Shown: one piece after another, positions 20,170 to 29,101 of the stretch | Numbering within the stretch: position 1 is the first letter of the stretch | Layout: every line of letters starts with the position of its first letter | Source: Sulfurimonadaceae bacterium | GTDB lineage: Bacteria > Campylobacterota > Campylobacteria > Campylobacterales > Sulfurimonadaceae | Direction of reading: 5' to 3' | Assembly: GCA_041571435.1 (NCBI GenBank) | Contig: JBFFUI010000027.1 | Span: forward strand, 1 to 29,101 | Length of the DNA: 29,101 bases | Notes under the pieces: generated by a model | The model's input: only the letters and a program-made list of their open reading frames with translations | Told to the model about the DNA's origin: nothing | The model's database searches: none | Made by a program: the position numbers and the translations under genes

Positions 20170-20391
20170 ATGAAAATAGTTTTACTGATTTCCCTGACGT
20201 TGCTGATTGCAGGCTGTTCACACTTTAGTGTAAACGCAACCAATTGCGATGACATTATGCGTAACGATCCGAACATGCAGAACATTCCTCAAGAGTGTCG
20301 CGATTATAAAGAAGAGGATGCAGACAAATCGACCTACCCTCCTGGTAAAAAACCTATTGAAGTCGATAAAGATTTTGAAATCGGAAAGTAG
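20170..20391 (+). CDS. Small lipoprotein of unknown function (73 aa)
   Basis: MKIVLLISLTLLIAG|C lipobox; two further Cys residues; TATAAT at 20135-20140 upstream. Confidence 0.75.
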   Translation: MKIVLLISLTLLIAGCSHFSVNATNCDDIMRNDPNMQNIPQECRDYKEEDADKSTYPPGKKPIEVDKDFEIGK

Positions 20392-20926
20392 AGGGTTCAG
20401 CTACCCTGTCACGATCCACAAACTTTTTAGCTCTCCGCAGCACAATTACTTTACCCACCCCAAATTTGAGGTGGGTGATGCCCCGACAACAGAACATCAG
20501 TCGCTTAATCTTGCAAAAAACAGAGGGATAGCGGGTGACCGTTTCGAACATGGACGTTACCCGATCACTTTTTTTTCTCTCGAGGTGGCCAAAGCGATGG
20601 AAAATGCTCTGGACAAGGCTATAGACGTTTCAGACTTCCGTAGAAATATTATTATCTCAGGTGTAAACCTATGTGAGTTGATCGGCAGACATTTCACTGT
20701 CGGAGGGGTGCACTTCGAAGGGATGGCACACTGCAATCCTTGCACCTGGATGAACGCAGTGATCGGTCAAGGTGCTTATGGCCTTATGAAAGGTCGGGGC
20801 GGTCTGCGTGCCCGTGTTATCAAAGGCGGTGAGATTGCTCTTGGTGAGACCCTGTTTCAAAGTGATACAATATTGATCAAAGAGCCGGTTACACCCATGA
20901 CAATAAGCAGACTACCTAAAGGATAA
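20375..20926 (+). CDS. MOSC-domain protein
   Basis: GIAGDRF, FRRNIIISG, C..C (HCNPCTWM) and GRGGLRARVIKGGEI motifs; probable TTG start at 20375 overlapping the lipoprotein end. Confidence 0.85.
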   Translation: MKSESRGFSYPVTIHKLFSSPQHNYFTHPKFEVGDAPTTEHQSLNLAKNRGIAGDRFEHGRYPITFFSLEVAKAMENALDKAIDVSDFRRNIIISGVNLCELIGRHFTVGGVHFEGMAHCNPCTWMNAVIGQGAYGLMKGRGGLRARVIKGGEIALGETLFQSDTILIKEPVTPMTISRLPKG

Positions 20927-20928
20927 AA

Positions 20929-22029
20929 ATGCAGCCTCATGATAGATTTTATGGTATCAGTGATGACTTCCGTGCACCTTATGCACGAGACAGAGATCGT
21001 GTCATTCACTCCGGTTCATTCAGAAAACTTGAGTACAAGACGCAGGTTTTTTTGAATCAGGAGGGGGACTTCTTTCGTACCCGTCTCACCCACTCCCTTG
21101 AGGTCTCGCAGATCGCCCGCTCCATTTCGTCACAGCTTGGTCTGGAGGAGCCCTTGGCAGAGGCGATAGCGCTTTCGCATGACATGGGGCATACCCCTTT
21201 CGGGCATGTCGGCGGCGACACGCTTGACGAGTGTCTGAAAGCGGATGGTTTTGCAAATGGTTTTGAACACAACTATCAGAGTTTCAGGGTAGTTACCAAA
21301 CTGGAGAAGCGCTATAAACCCTTTTTGGGTCTCAACCTAACCTATGCAACACTGGAAGGAATACTCAAACACTCCTACCCGTACAAAAAGTCTTTTCTGC
21401 CAAAGAACATTCATGAGAAGTTCAACCTGGAGACCCACCCCTCTGTTGAGGCGATGGTGGTGGACAGAGCGGATGAGATCGCCTACATGACCCATGATAT
21501 TGACGACGGCGTCAATTCGGGATTGATCAGTTTCGACACACTTAAAGAGAGTAAAATTATTCAGGATGTTTTGGCATTGGTTGCCGAAGAGGGTGTTACG
21601 GCAGAAGATGGCGATGAGATGTTCCGTTACCGTTTCAGCTCCCATCTGATCAACTATCTTGTCTACGCCCTGCTTGAAAACTCCAAAGAGAGGGTTGACA
21701 ACTCACGCGTGTTAGCCGGTGTTATCGACTCAGCAACAGAACTTCCGATCGGCTTTACAAAAGAGCTTGAGACCGAGATAAAAAAACTGAAAAAACTGCT
21801 CTTTCAGAAACTCTATCAGCATAAACAGATCGCACGTAAGATGTATGCAGGCAAACAGGCTATCAAAGGGCTCTATACCGCTATGATGGAAGAGGAGAAG
21901 ATCCTTCCAGCCTACTACCTAGAACAGATAGAAATGAGAAACAAACACCGTGTTATTGCCGACTATATCGCGTCGTTGAGCGACCGGTTCGCACTCAACT
22001 TATATAACGAACTCTATGGTAAAATTTGA
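20929..22029 (+). CDS. dgt: Deoxyguanosinetriphosphate triphosphohydrolase-like HD protein
   Basis: RDRDRVIHSGSFRKLEYKTQV, RTRLTHSLEV, HDMGHTPFGH, FEHN and ADEIAY..HDIDD motifs. Confidence 0.92.
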   Translation: MQPHDRFYGISDDFRAPYARDRDRVIHSGSFRKLEYKTQVFLNQEGDFFRTRLTHSLEVSQIARSISSQLGLEEPLAEAIALSHDMGHTPFGHVGGDTLDECLKADGFANGFEHNYQSFRVVTKLEKRYKPFLGLNLTYATLEGILKHSYPYKKSFLPKNIHEKFNLETHPSVEAMVVDRADEIAYMTHDIDDGVNSGLISFDTLKESKIIQDVLALVAEEGVTAEDGDEMFRYRFSSHLINYLVYALLENSKERVDNSRVLAGVIDSATELPIGFTKELETEIKKLKKLLFQKLYQHKQIARKMYAGKQAIKGLYTAMMEEEKILPAYYLEQIEMRNKHRVIADYIASLSDRFALNLYNELYGKI

Positions 22030-22050
22030 CACATAAAGGTGTAAAAAAGT

Positions 22051-22902
22051 ATGAAACAATATTTAGATCTCTGCCAAAAAATCATTGATGAAGGCACATG
22101 GATAAAGAACGAACGTACAGGCAAGAACTGTCTGACGCTTATTAATGCCGATCTTGAGTATGATGTCGGCGGCAACCAGTTCCCGCTTATCACGACGCGC
22201 AAAAGCTACTTCAAGTCCGCAATAGCTGAGTTTATCGGTTATATCCGCGGTTATGACTCGGCGGCAGATTTTCGTGCTTTGGGAACCAAGACCTGGGATG
22301 CCAATGCCAACCTGAATGAGGCGTGGCTGAACAACCCTTACCGCAAAGGCGAGGATGATATGGGTCGTGTCTACGGGGTACAGGGCAGAGGATGGAAGAC
22401 ACCTGAAGGCAATGAGATCGACCAGCTCAGAAAGATCGTCGACGATCTTAAAAACGGCATAGATGACCGTGGAGAGATCCTCAGTTTTTATAATCCGGGT
22501 GAGTTTCACATGGGTTGCTTGCGTCCCTGCATGCACACGCACACCTTCTCGCTTGTGGGCGACACCCTCCACCTTACCTCGTACCAGCGCTCCTGCGATG
22601 TGCCGTTGGGTCTGAATTTCAACCAGGTACAGGTCTTTGTCTTTTTGGCACTGATGGCGCAGATAACCGGTCATAAAGCAGGCAAGGCATACCACAAGAT
22701 CGTCAATGCGCATATCTATGAAGACCAGCTGGAGTTGATGCGTGATGTTCAGTTAAAGCGTGAACCGTTCCCGTCTCCTCAGCTGCATATCAACCCCGAT
22801 ATCAAGTCGCTTGAAGACCTTGAAACCTGGGTAACGATGGACGACTTCAGCGTCTCCGGTTATCAGTATCATGATCCTATCGCCTACCCTTTTTCGGTCT
22901 GA
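22051..22902 (+). CDS. thyA: Thymidylate synthase ThyA (283-aa Vibrio/Haemophilus-like type)
   Basis: [22 protein letters not shown], catalytic [19 protein letters not shown] and NAHIYEDQ motifs. Confidence 0.96.
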   Translation: MKQYLDLCQKIIDEGTWIKNERTGKNCLTLINADLEYDVGGNQFPLITTRKSYFKSAIAEFIGYIRGYDSAADFRALGTKTWDANANLNEAWLNNPYRKGEDDMGRVYGVQGRGWKTPEGNEIDQLRKIVDDLKNGIDDRGEILSFYNPGEFHMGCLRPCMHTHTFSLVGDTLHLTSYQRSCDVPLGLNFNQVQVFVFLALMAQITGHKAGKAYHKIVNAHIYEDQLELMRDVQLKREPFPSPQLHINPDIKSLEDLETWVTMDDFSVSGYQYHDPIAYPFSV

Positions 22903-22904
22903 TA

Positions 22905-23402
22905 ATGAAAACACCTAATATCTCGATCATTGTGGCAATGGCCAAAAACCGCGTCATCGGTAAAGATAATGACATGCCGTGGCATCTGCCGGCAGACCTG
23001 CAGCATTTTAGAAAAACAACTCTGGACAAACCGATCATCATGGGACGAAAGACCTATGAATCCATCGGCCGGCCGCTGCCAAAACGACACAATATCATCA
23101 TCAGCAGAAACGTTGATTATAGGGCTGAGGGTTGTGATGTCGTAGGTTCTCTGGAGGAGGCTGTTAAATGTGCCGGTGATGTCGATGAACTTTTTATCAT
23201 CGGCGGCGGTTTTCTTTATGAGCAGACTATCGATCTGGCCGACAGACTCTATCTTACCTTTATCGACCTGGAAGTTGAAGGCGATACACTCTTTCCTGAA
23301 TATGACCACCTGGCACTCAAAAAGATCGCAAGTGAACAACATCAAAAAGATGAAAAAAACCCTTATGACTATGAGTTCACTGAGTTTATTGTAGAGCGAT
23401 AA
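22905..23402 (+). CDS. folA: Dihydrofolate reductase
   Basis: VIGKDNDMPWHLPADL, IIMGRKTYESIGRPLPKR, IIGGG and EGDTLFP motifs; starts 2 nt after the thyA stop. Confidence 0.96.
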   Translation: MKTPNISIIVAMAKNRVIGKDNDMPWHLPADLQHFRKTTLDKPIIMGRKTYESIGRPLPKRHNIIISRNVDYRAEGCDVVGSLEEAVKCAGDVDELFIIGGGFLYEQTIDLADRLYLTFIDLEVEGDTLFPEYDHLALKKIASEQHQKDEKNPYDYEFTEFIVER

Positions 23403-23620
23403 TTCATCGGATAGCGGTCACTAAGGGGTAGAAAACAGAAATTCCTTTCCCACATCCCATTAAAGTCTATTTAGAATTTTCTTTTTCATGTGGTATCCGT
23501 CACTTTTCAATGAACTACAGATAGCGGTTTCTTTCGGGCAGAATGTGTACAAAAATATAAAAAAAGCTTTATACTTTATCTGTTCTGTTATTTGAAAACA
23601 GCTTTTTACTAGTTTTTGGG

Positions 23621-23740
23621 TATAATCGCGAAAATTAAAAATCTGCTTAAAACCGGATCATATGTAGACTTTTTGTAGATGCTTGTGCGCGAGTAGCTAT
23701 GAAAAGTCTAATAGACAGGATTAAAGCTAAGGAAACAACC
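23621..23740 (+). promoter_or_regulatory. typA promoter (-10 TATAAT, 23621-23626) and structured ~110-nt 5' leader
   Basis: TATAAT, a long hairpin at 23665-23710 and an AAGGA RBS before ATG 23741. Confidence 0.6.
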
Positions 23741-25543
23741 ATGCAAAAGATTAGAAATATTGCCGTTATCGCGCACGTTGACCACGGTAAAACAACACTT
23801 GTTGACGGTCTTCTTCAACAATCAGGTACATTCGGAGAGCACGAAGCACACGATGAACGTGCGATGGACTCAAACGACATCGAAAAAGAGCGTGGTATCA
23901 CGATCCTTTCAAAAAACACAGCGATCCGTTACGGTGATCACAAGATCAACATCATTGACACTCCGGGCCACGCCGATTTCGGTGGTGAGGTCGAGCGTGT
24001 ACTGAAGATGGTTGATGGCGCATTGATCCTTGTCGATGCTTACGAAGGTGTTATGCCGCAGACCAAGTTTGTCGTCAAGAAGATGCTGGCAATGGGTATT
24101 ACACCGATCGTCGTTATTAACAAGATCGATAAGCCGTCTGCCGAGCCGGACCGCGTTGTCGATGAAGTGTTCGACCTCTTTGTCGATATGGGCGCAAGCG
24201 ACGAGCAGCAGGACTTTACGGTCGTCTATGCCGCTGCACGTGACGGTATCGCCAAGATGGATATGGAAGAGGAAGACGGTGACTTTACCTGCCTTTTCAA
24301 TACGATCCTTGAGAAAGTCCCTGAGCCTAAGGGCGACAAGTCAAACCCGGCGCAAGCGCAGGTCTTTACGCTTGACTACGACAGCTATGTCGGTAAGATC
24401 GGTATTGCCCGTATCTTTAACGGCGAGATTGCAAAAGGGGACAACGTTCTTCTTGCAAAAGCGGACGGTGAGATGGTTAAAGGCCGTATTACGAAACTAA
24501 TCGGTTTCCTTGGACTAAACCGTATGGAGATCGACAGAGCCGAAGCGGGCGACATCGTTGCATTCGCCGGTCTTGAGACGGTCGATGTTGGCGATACGGT
24601 TTGTGATCCTACGAACCCGGTAGCACTTGACCCGATGCACATCGAAGAGCCGACACTGTCGGTTATCTTCTCGGTCAATAACTCGCCGCTTGCAGGTCAG
24701 GAAGGTAAACACGTAACGTCAAACAAGATCCAGGAGCGTCTTGAAGCGGAGATGGTGACAAACGTTGCGATGAAATTCGAGCGTATCGGTGAAGGTAAGT
24801 TCCGTGTATCAGGTCGTGGTGAGCTTCAGATCACGGTTCTTGCAGAGAACATGCGTCGTGAAGGTTTCGAGTTCGGTATTAGCCGTCCGGAAGTTATTCA
24901 GCGTGAGATCGAAGGTGTTAAATGCGAGCCGTTCGAGCACCTGGTCATCGATGTTCCTGAAGAGCTTGGCGGTGGTGTTATCGAGCGTCTTGGTAAACGC
25001 AAGGCTGAGATGAAGTCAATGGTACCGATGGGTTCAGGCTTTCAGCGTATCGAGTTTGAGATCCCTGCCCGTTCATTGATCGGTTTCCGTGGACAGTTCC
25101 TGACAGACACAAAAGGTGAAGGTGTTATGAACCACTCTTTCATCGAGTTCCGTCCATTCTCGGGTACGGTTGAGTCTCGTCCTTACGGTGCTCTTGTTTC
25201 TATGGAGAATGGTGCTGCTATGGCCTTCTCACTCTTCGGTCTTCAGGACCGCGGTGTTCTTTTCATTGGGCCGCAGACAAAAGTCTACGAAGGTATGATC
25301 ATTGGCGAGCACTCTCGTTCAAATGACCTTGCGGTTAACCCGATCAAAGGTAAAGCACAATCAAACGTCCGTTCATCAGGTGCTGATGAGGCGATCAAAC
25401 TTATTCCGCCACGCGACCTTTCACTGGAGCGTGCTCTTGAGTGGATCGAAGACGATGAGCTTCTTGAAGTAACACCGGATAGCATCCGTGTTCGTAAAGT
25501 GTACTTGACAGAGTCTGAGCGACGCCGCCACTCTAGAAAGTAA
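23741..25543 (+). CDS. typA: Translational GTPase TypA/BipA
   Basis: [41 protein letters not shown] and VSGRGEL motifs; start reassigned to ATG 23741. Confidence 0.98.
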   Translation: MQKIRNIAVIAHVDHGKTTLVDGLLQQSGTFGEHEAHDERAMDSNDIEKERGITILSKNTAIRYGDHKINIIDTPGHADFGGEVERVLKMVDGALILVDAYEGVMPQTKFVVKKMLAMGITPIVVINKIDKPSAEPDRVVDEVFDLFVDMGASDEQQDFTVVYAAARDGIAKMDMEEEDGDFTCLFNTILEKVPEPKGDKSNPAQAQVFTLDYDSYVGKIGIARIFNGEIAKGDNVLLAKADGEMVKGRITKLIGFLGLNRMEIDRAEAGDIVAFAGLETVDVGDTVCDPTNPVALDPMHIEEPTLSVIFSVNNSPLAGQEGKHVTSNKIQERLEAEMVTNVAMKFERIGEGKFRVSGRGELQITVLAENMRREGFEFGISRPEVIQREIEGVKCEPFEHLVIDVPEELGGGVIERLGKRKAEMKSMVPMGSGFQRIEFEIPARSLIGFRGQFLTDTKGEGVMNHSFIEFRPFSGTVESRPYGALVSMENGAAMAFSLFGLQDRGVLFIGPQTKVYEGMIIGEHSRSNDLAVNPIKGKAQSNVRSSGADEAIKLIPPRDLSLERALEWIEDDELLEVTPDSIRVRKVYLTESERRRHSRK

Positions 25544-25635
25544 TAGCTTCGGCGCTATTTGCACCGGAGTTCACCTCTCAACGTACGGATGTACACCTTC
25601 GGGTTCACATCCGGCACAACTTACACCAAATCTAC
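25543..25635 (-). repeat. 93-nt imperfect palindromic element (REP-like or structured RNA)
   Basis: The minus strand folds by hand into one long hairpin (about 34 pairs, 9 of them G-U/G-T, plus tandem GA mismatches) beginning with GTAG. Confidence 0.55.
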
Positions 25636-25773
25636 CCCTTTTTATTCTTACCGACGATGAGCTTCGCCATCTGATTGTTAAGCATCTCATTTTTGTCTTC
25701 CTTTTTTCTTAATAGAACAAACCATTTGAAAACCAGATGAAACTTTTCACAAACTCTCTGCTACAACTTCGGT

Positions 25774-27210
25774 ATGAAATTACAAGATTTACATGTCAAC
25801 ATGCCCTACCTCGAACTAGAGGATGAGTTTCACGACAAAACAGACATCAGTCCCCTAAAAAATCCTTTTTTGATCAGCTACAGTCCGGATGCGGCTGAGC
25901 TTCTCGGTATTGAGATAGAAGAGAGTGAGGATTTTCTCGTCGCTGTTATGAACGGCCAGGAATATCTGAAAGGGAGTGATCCCTTCTCTATGTGTTACGC
26001 CGGACACCAGTTCGGCTACTTTGTACCTCGTTTGGGCGATGGGCGAGCGATCAACCTGGGCAAAACGGCGAATGGCTGGAACCTGCAGTTAAAAGGTGCG
26101 GGCCCTACCCTCTATTCGCGTCAGGGCGATGGACGTGCGGTGCTTCGCTCTTCCATACGTGAATATCTGATGAGTGAAGCGATGTGCGGTCTGCATATCG
26201 CAACGACAAGAGCGCTTGCCCTTATCGGTTCTGATCATGATGTTGCACGCGAGCGGTGGGAAAAAGGGGCTGTTGTCCTTCGTATGTCGACATCTTGGGT
26301 ACGTTTCGGCACGTTTGAGTACTTTTATGCCAGAAAACAGTTTGATAAGCTTGAGGCACTGGCTGACTATGTGATCGATGAGAGCTATGCCAATCTCAAA
26401 GGTGAAGAAGATGCCTATTTCCTGATGTTTGAAGAGCTGGTTGATCGGACAGCTCTGTTGCTTGCAAAGTGGCAGGGTGTCGGCTTTAATCACGGTGTTA
26501 TGAACACGGACAACATGTCGATAGCCGGCCTTACCATTGATTATGGTCCCTACGCCTTCCTGGATGACTACGATTTTGATTATATCTGCAACCACACGGA
26601 TGCCGAGGGGCGATATGCCTTTGGTCAACAGCCGCATGTCGCAAAGTGGAACTTTAGAATGCTGATGCGTGCGTTGTCTCCACTGATCAACATCGATCGG
26701 ATGCAGGAGGCATTGGAGCGCTTCGGTGATCTCTATAGGGATTACTACATCACGTTCATGCGCAAGAAGCTGGGATTCGTGACGGCGGAGGAGGACGACG
26801 TCTCCGTACTGCGCTGGCTGCTTTCGACGATGCAGCAGGAGGGGATCGACTACAACTATTTTTTCAGGACATTGAGCCGTTATGACGGCGACAGAAGCGA
26901 ACTGCTGTCAATGTGTGATCTGGAAGAACCGCTTTCAGAGTGGCTTGATCATTACGAAAAACGTCTTGAGAGAGAGGGGTCGGTTTCGTCAGAACGCCAC
27001 AAACTGATGCTGGCAACGAACCCTAAATATGTTCTAAAAAACTATATGCTGCAGTACGCGATCGATAAGGCCAACCGCGGTGATTATACGGGCGTAGAAG
27101 AGCTGTTGTCATTGGCACGTGCCCCTTTTGACGAGCATCCGGAAATGGAGAGTTTTGCAGGCCCCTCCCCGAAAAGTGTCAAGAACCTCAAGCTTTCCTG
27201 TTCTTCCTGA
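25774..27210 (+). CDS. selO: Protein adenylyltransferase SelO/YdiU family (Cys-type)
   Basis: YAGHQFG...LGDGRA, QLKGAG.T.YSR.GDGRAVLRSSIRE, HGVMNTDN, IDYGP, NPKYVLKNY and C-terminal SCSS. Confidence 0.93.
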   Translation: MKLQDLHVNMPYLELEDEFHDKTDISPLKNPFLISYSPDAAELLGIEIEESEDFLVAVMNGQEYLKGSDPFSMCYAGHQFGYFVPRLGDGRAINLGKTANGWNLQLKGAGPTLYSRQGDGRAVLRSSIREYLMSEAMCGLHIATTRALALIGSDHDVARERWEKGAVVLRMSTSWVRFGTFEYFYARKQFDKLEALADYVIDESYANLKGEEDAYFLMFEELVDRTALLLAKWQGVGFNHGVMNTDNMSIAGLTIDYGPYAFLDDYDFDYICNHTDAEGRYAFGQQPHVAKWNFRMLMRALSPLINIDRMQEALERFGDLYRDYYITFMRKKLGFVTAEEDDVSVLRWLLSTMQQEGIDYNYFFRTLSRYDGDRSELLSMCDLEEPLSEWLDHYEKRLEREGSVSSERHKLMLATNPKYVLKNYMLQYAIDKANRGDYTGVEELLSLARAPFDEHPEMESFAGPSPKSVKNLKLSCSS

Positions 27211-27218
27211 AGACAGCT

Positions 27219-27278
27219 ACTTTAAGCGGTACGCTTTAAAGTGCAGAGAGCTCTGTTTTGTATGAAGAGGCTCTTTTT
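27219..27278 (+). terminator. Hairpin(s) plus T-run after selO
   Basis: ACTTTAAGCG-gta-CGCT(T)TAAAGT at 27219-27242, then AGAGCTCT...AGAGGCTCT followed by a T-run. Confidence 0.45.
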
Positions 27279-27528
27279 GTACCTGTCGCAGCAGACGCCG
27301 CTATAAAAGTCAGGGTGTTTTATAATGCTCTGAAATCAAAAAATTTATACCTGTCCATTTCCTCTGAAAACTTCTTTGCATATTGGCACTTTTTCAACAA
27401 AGATGAATGATACTTTGGGGATAATCTTTAACTTTTAGTAGTAAAAACTACAAGATGAACACATTGATAATTTTGGTTAATCATACCCATAAGCGGTGTT
27501 CATACGAATTTATAATTCAGGCAAAAAT

Positions 27529-28557
27529 ATGACAAATATCAACAGAAAAAAGATCTATAATCCCGAATCAAAAGAGAAGGTAAATGATCGCAAGATCTTC
27601 GGCGGGAATCCGACCGGTATTTTCGAACTCAACAACATCAAGTATCAGTGGGCCTATAACCTTTGGGAGGTGATGCTGAACAACACCTGGTTCCCAAAAG
27701 AGGTCGATATGACCCGTGATGCCAACGATTACAAGCAGTTAACCGATGGTGAGAAGACTGCTTATGACAAGGCGCTTTCACAGCTGATTTTCATGGACTC
27801 GCTCCAGACAAATAACCTGATCGACAATGTGAACCCTTATGTCACCTCGCCGGAGATCAACCTCATTTTGGTACGCCAGTCGTTTGAAGAGGCGCTGCAC
27901 TCACAGTCTTATGCTGTTATGGTCGATTCTATCTCTCAGAACTCGGCAGAGATCTACGATCTCTGGCGCAGTGACGTGATGCTGAAGTCTAAAAATGATG
28001 CGATCGCGATAAAATACGAGATGCTCTCTGAAAATCCGACTGATGTCAATTTCCTGAAAGCCTGTTTCGCCAACCAGATCCTGGAAGGGATCTACTTCTA
28101 CAGCGGATTTGCCTACATCTATACGCTTGCCCGTGCCGGAAAGATGCTCGGCTCGGCACAGATGATCCGTTTTATCCAACGTGATGAAGTAACCCACCTT
28201 ATTCTGTTTCAGAACCTTATCAACTCGCTCCGCCGTGAGCGTCCAGACCTGTTTACCGAGGAACTGATCGAAGAGGTCTACCAGATGTTCCGCGATGCTG
28301 TTGAACTTGAAGTGTCGTGGGGCCGATACATCACCCAGGGACAGATCCTGGGTCTTACTGATGACATCATCGAGCAGTACATACGCTTCCTTGCAGATGA
28401 GCGCCTTCGTGCGGTTAAGCTTGAGCCGATCTACAATGTTACCAACCCGATTAAATGGGTCAATGATTTCGCCTCGTTCAATGACCAGAAGACCAACTTT
28501 TTCGAAGGTACGGTCGCGAACTACTCTAAAGGGTCATTGGACTTTGACGACTTTTAA
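27529..28557 (+). CDS. nrdB: Ribonucleotide reductase class Ia beta subunit
   Basis: [20 protein letters not shown] (radical Tyr), [16 protein letters not shown] and NFFE motifs; start ATG 27529. Confidence 0.95.
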   Translation: MTNINRKKIYNPESKEKVNDRKIFGGNPTGIFELNNIKYQWAYNLWEVMLNNTWFPKEVDMTRDANDYKQLTDGEKTAYDKALSQLIFMDSLQTNNLIDNVNPYVTSPEINLILVRQSFEEALHSQSYAVMVDSISQNSAEIYDLWRSDVMLKSKNDAIAIKYEMLSENPTDVNFLKACFANQILEGIYFYSGFAYIYTLARAGKMLGSAQMIRFIQRDEVTHLILFQNLINSLRRERPDLFTEELIEEVYQMFRDAVELEVSWGRYITQGQILGLTDDIIEQYIRFLADERLRAVKLEPIYNVTNPIKWVNDFASFNDQKTNFFEGTVANYSKGSLDFDDF

Positions 28558-29101
28558 AGAGCGTCCGCTCTGCTCGATCTCTTTTGTCAGCGAAGACCAC
28601 AGCTACGAAGAGAATCTCACCGCCCTCCTATCTCTGATCGAAGAGGCCCCTGCAAACGCCGTTATTGTCCTGCCCGAACTTGCCGTTACCAATTTTGATT
28701 ATGACCATTTCGAAACAGCCGCGGGGTATGCAGATACCATTACCAAAAAGCTTCTGGAGGCAGCCGGCGAGCAGATCATTGCAGCAACAATGATTGAGCG
28801 ACGTTCCGGCGGCAAGATCTATAATGTCGCCAAGGTTTTTCATCAAGGCAGCGTGATCCATGAGCAGGCGAAAGTCGAGCTGTTCAAGTTCGGCGGTGAA
28901 CATGACCATTTTGCTGCCGGTGCAGATAACGATATCGTACTTTTCGAGGCAGACGGCCTCAGTTTCGGCCTGCTCATCTGCTTTGAACTCCGCTTTAAAC
29001 AGTTTTGGCAAGTGCTAGAGGGGGCGGATATAATATTAATTCCAGCTCAATGGGGTAAACTACGCACGCAAAATTTTGTTTCATTGACCAATGCCCTGGC
29101 C
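28544..29101 (+). CDS. Carbon-nitrogen hydrolase (nitrilase superfamily), truncated at the window end
   Basis: Not in the ORF track. A TTG start overlapping the nrdB stop gives an open frame [10 protein letters not shown]...VLPEL...IYN...QAKVELF...[10 protein letters not shown]...IPAQWG, containing the E-K-C triad. Confidence 0.88.
   Translation, partial: MTTFKERPLCSISFVSEDHSYEENLTALLSLIEEAPANAVIVLPELAVTNFDYDHFETAAGYADTITKKLLEAAGEQIIAATMIERRSGGKIYNVAKVFHQGSVIHEQAKVELFKFGGEHDHFAAGADNDIVLFEADGLSFGLLICFELRFKQFWQVLEGADIILIPAQWGKLRTQNFVSLTNALA

Noticed and set aside
20929..22029. Antiphage dGTPase defence system
   Set aside because: Short housekeeping-type Dgt in a core operon near oriC, with no defence or mobile genes nearby
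23410..23528. GATAGCGGT direct repeat (two copies, 110 bp apart) as a target-site duplication; 9-codon minus-strand ORF MKKKILNRL
   Set aside because: Both copies lie on the same side of thyA-folA, are short enough to be chance, and the mini-ORF lacks a convincing RBS
27199..27225. Selenocysteine read-through of the TGA ending selO
   Set aside because: The redox position is already a Cys codon (TGT in SCSS). The TGA follows the conserved C-terminus and read-through meets TAA after 4 codons.
27445..27499. Possible NrdR boxes upstream of nrdB
   Set aside because: Weak matches with atypical 39-bp spacing, and NrdR is reported absent from epsilonproteobacteria

Overview
Core chromosomal region around the replication origin of a Campylobacterota (epsilonproteobacterial) genome, probably Sulfurimonas/Sulfuricurvum-like (inferred from gene order, TTCAC-type DnaA boxes and protein signatures). 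The left arm is on the minus strand except for one small ORF: dnaA-dnaN-gyrB, a degenerate GGDEF/EAL protein and queF, then a compact phosphate (Pho) cluster (Pit transporter, phoU-phoB-phoR, an HD-domain CCA-adding enzyme, pstC-pstA-pstB, a separately promoted pstS and two tandem putative phosphate porins). A bipartite oriC flanks dnaA. The right arm is all plus strand: ruvC, small lipoprotein, MOSC protein, dGTPase-like HD protein, thyA-folA, typA, selO/ydiU, nrdB and a truncated carbon-nitrogen hydrolase. Best signals beyond annotation: (1) six copies of an 11-bp-period GT(T/A)AC direct-repeat Pho box, five exactly 9 nt upstream of a -10 element (activator geometry) and one downstream of the pit -10 (repressor geometry); (2) an unannotated 45-aa signal-peptide ORF inside the Pho cluster; (3) a gammaproteobacterial-type thyA-folA pair in a lineage whose model species use ThyX; (4) strand-specific long hairpins in the typA leader and just after typA. 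No CRISPR array, tRNA, rRNA, transposase or clear novel multi-gene defence system was found.
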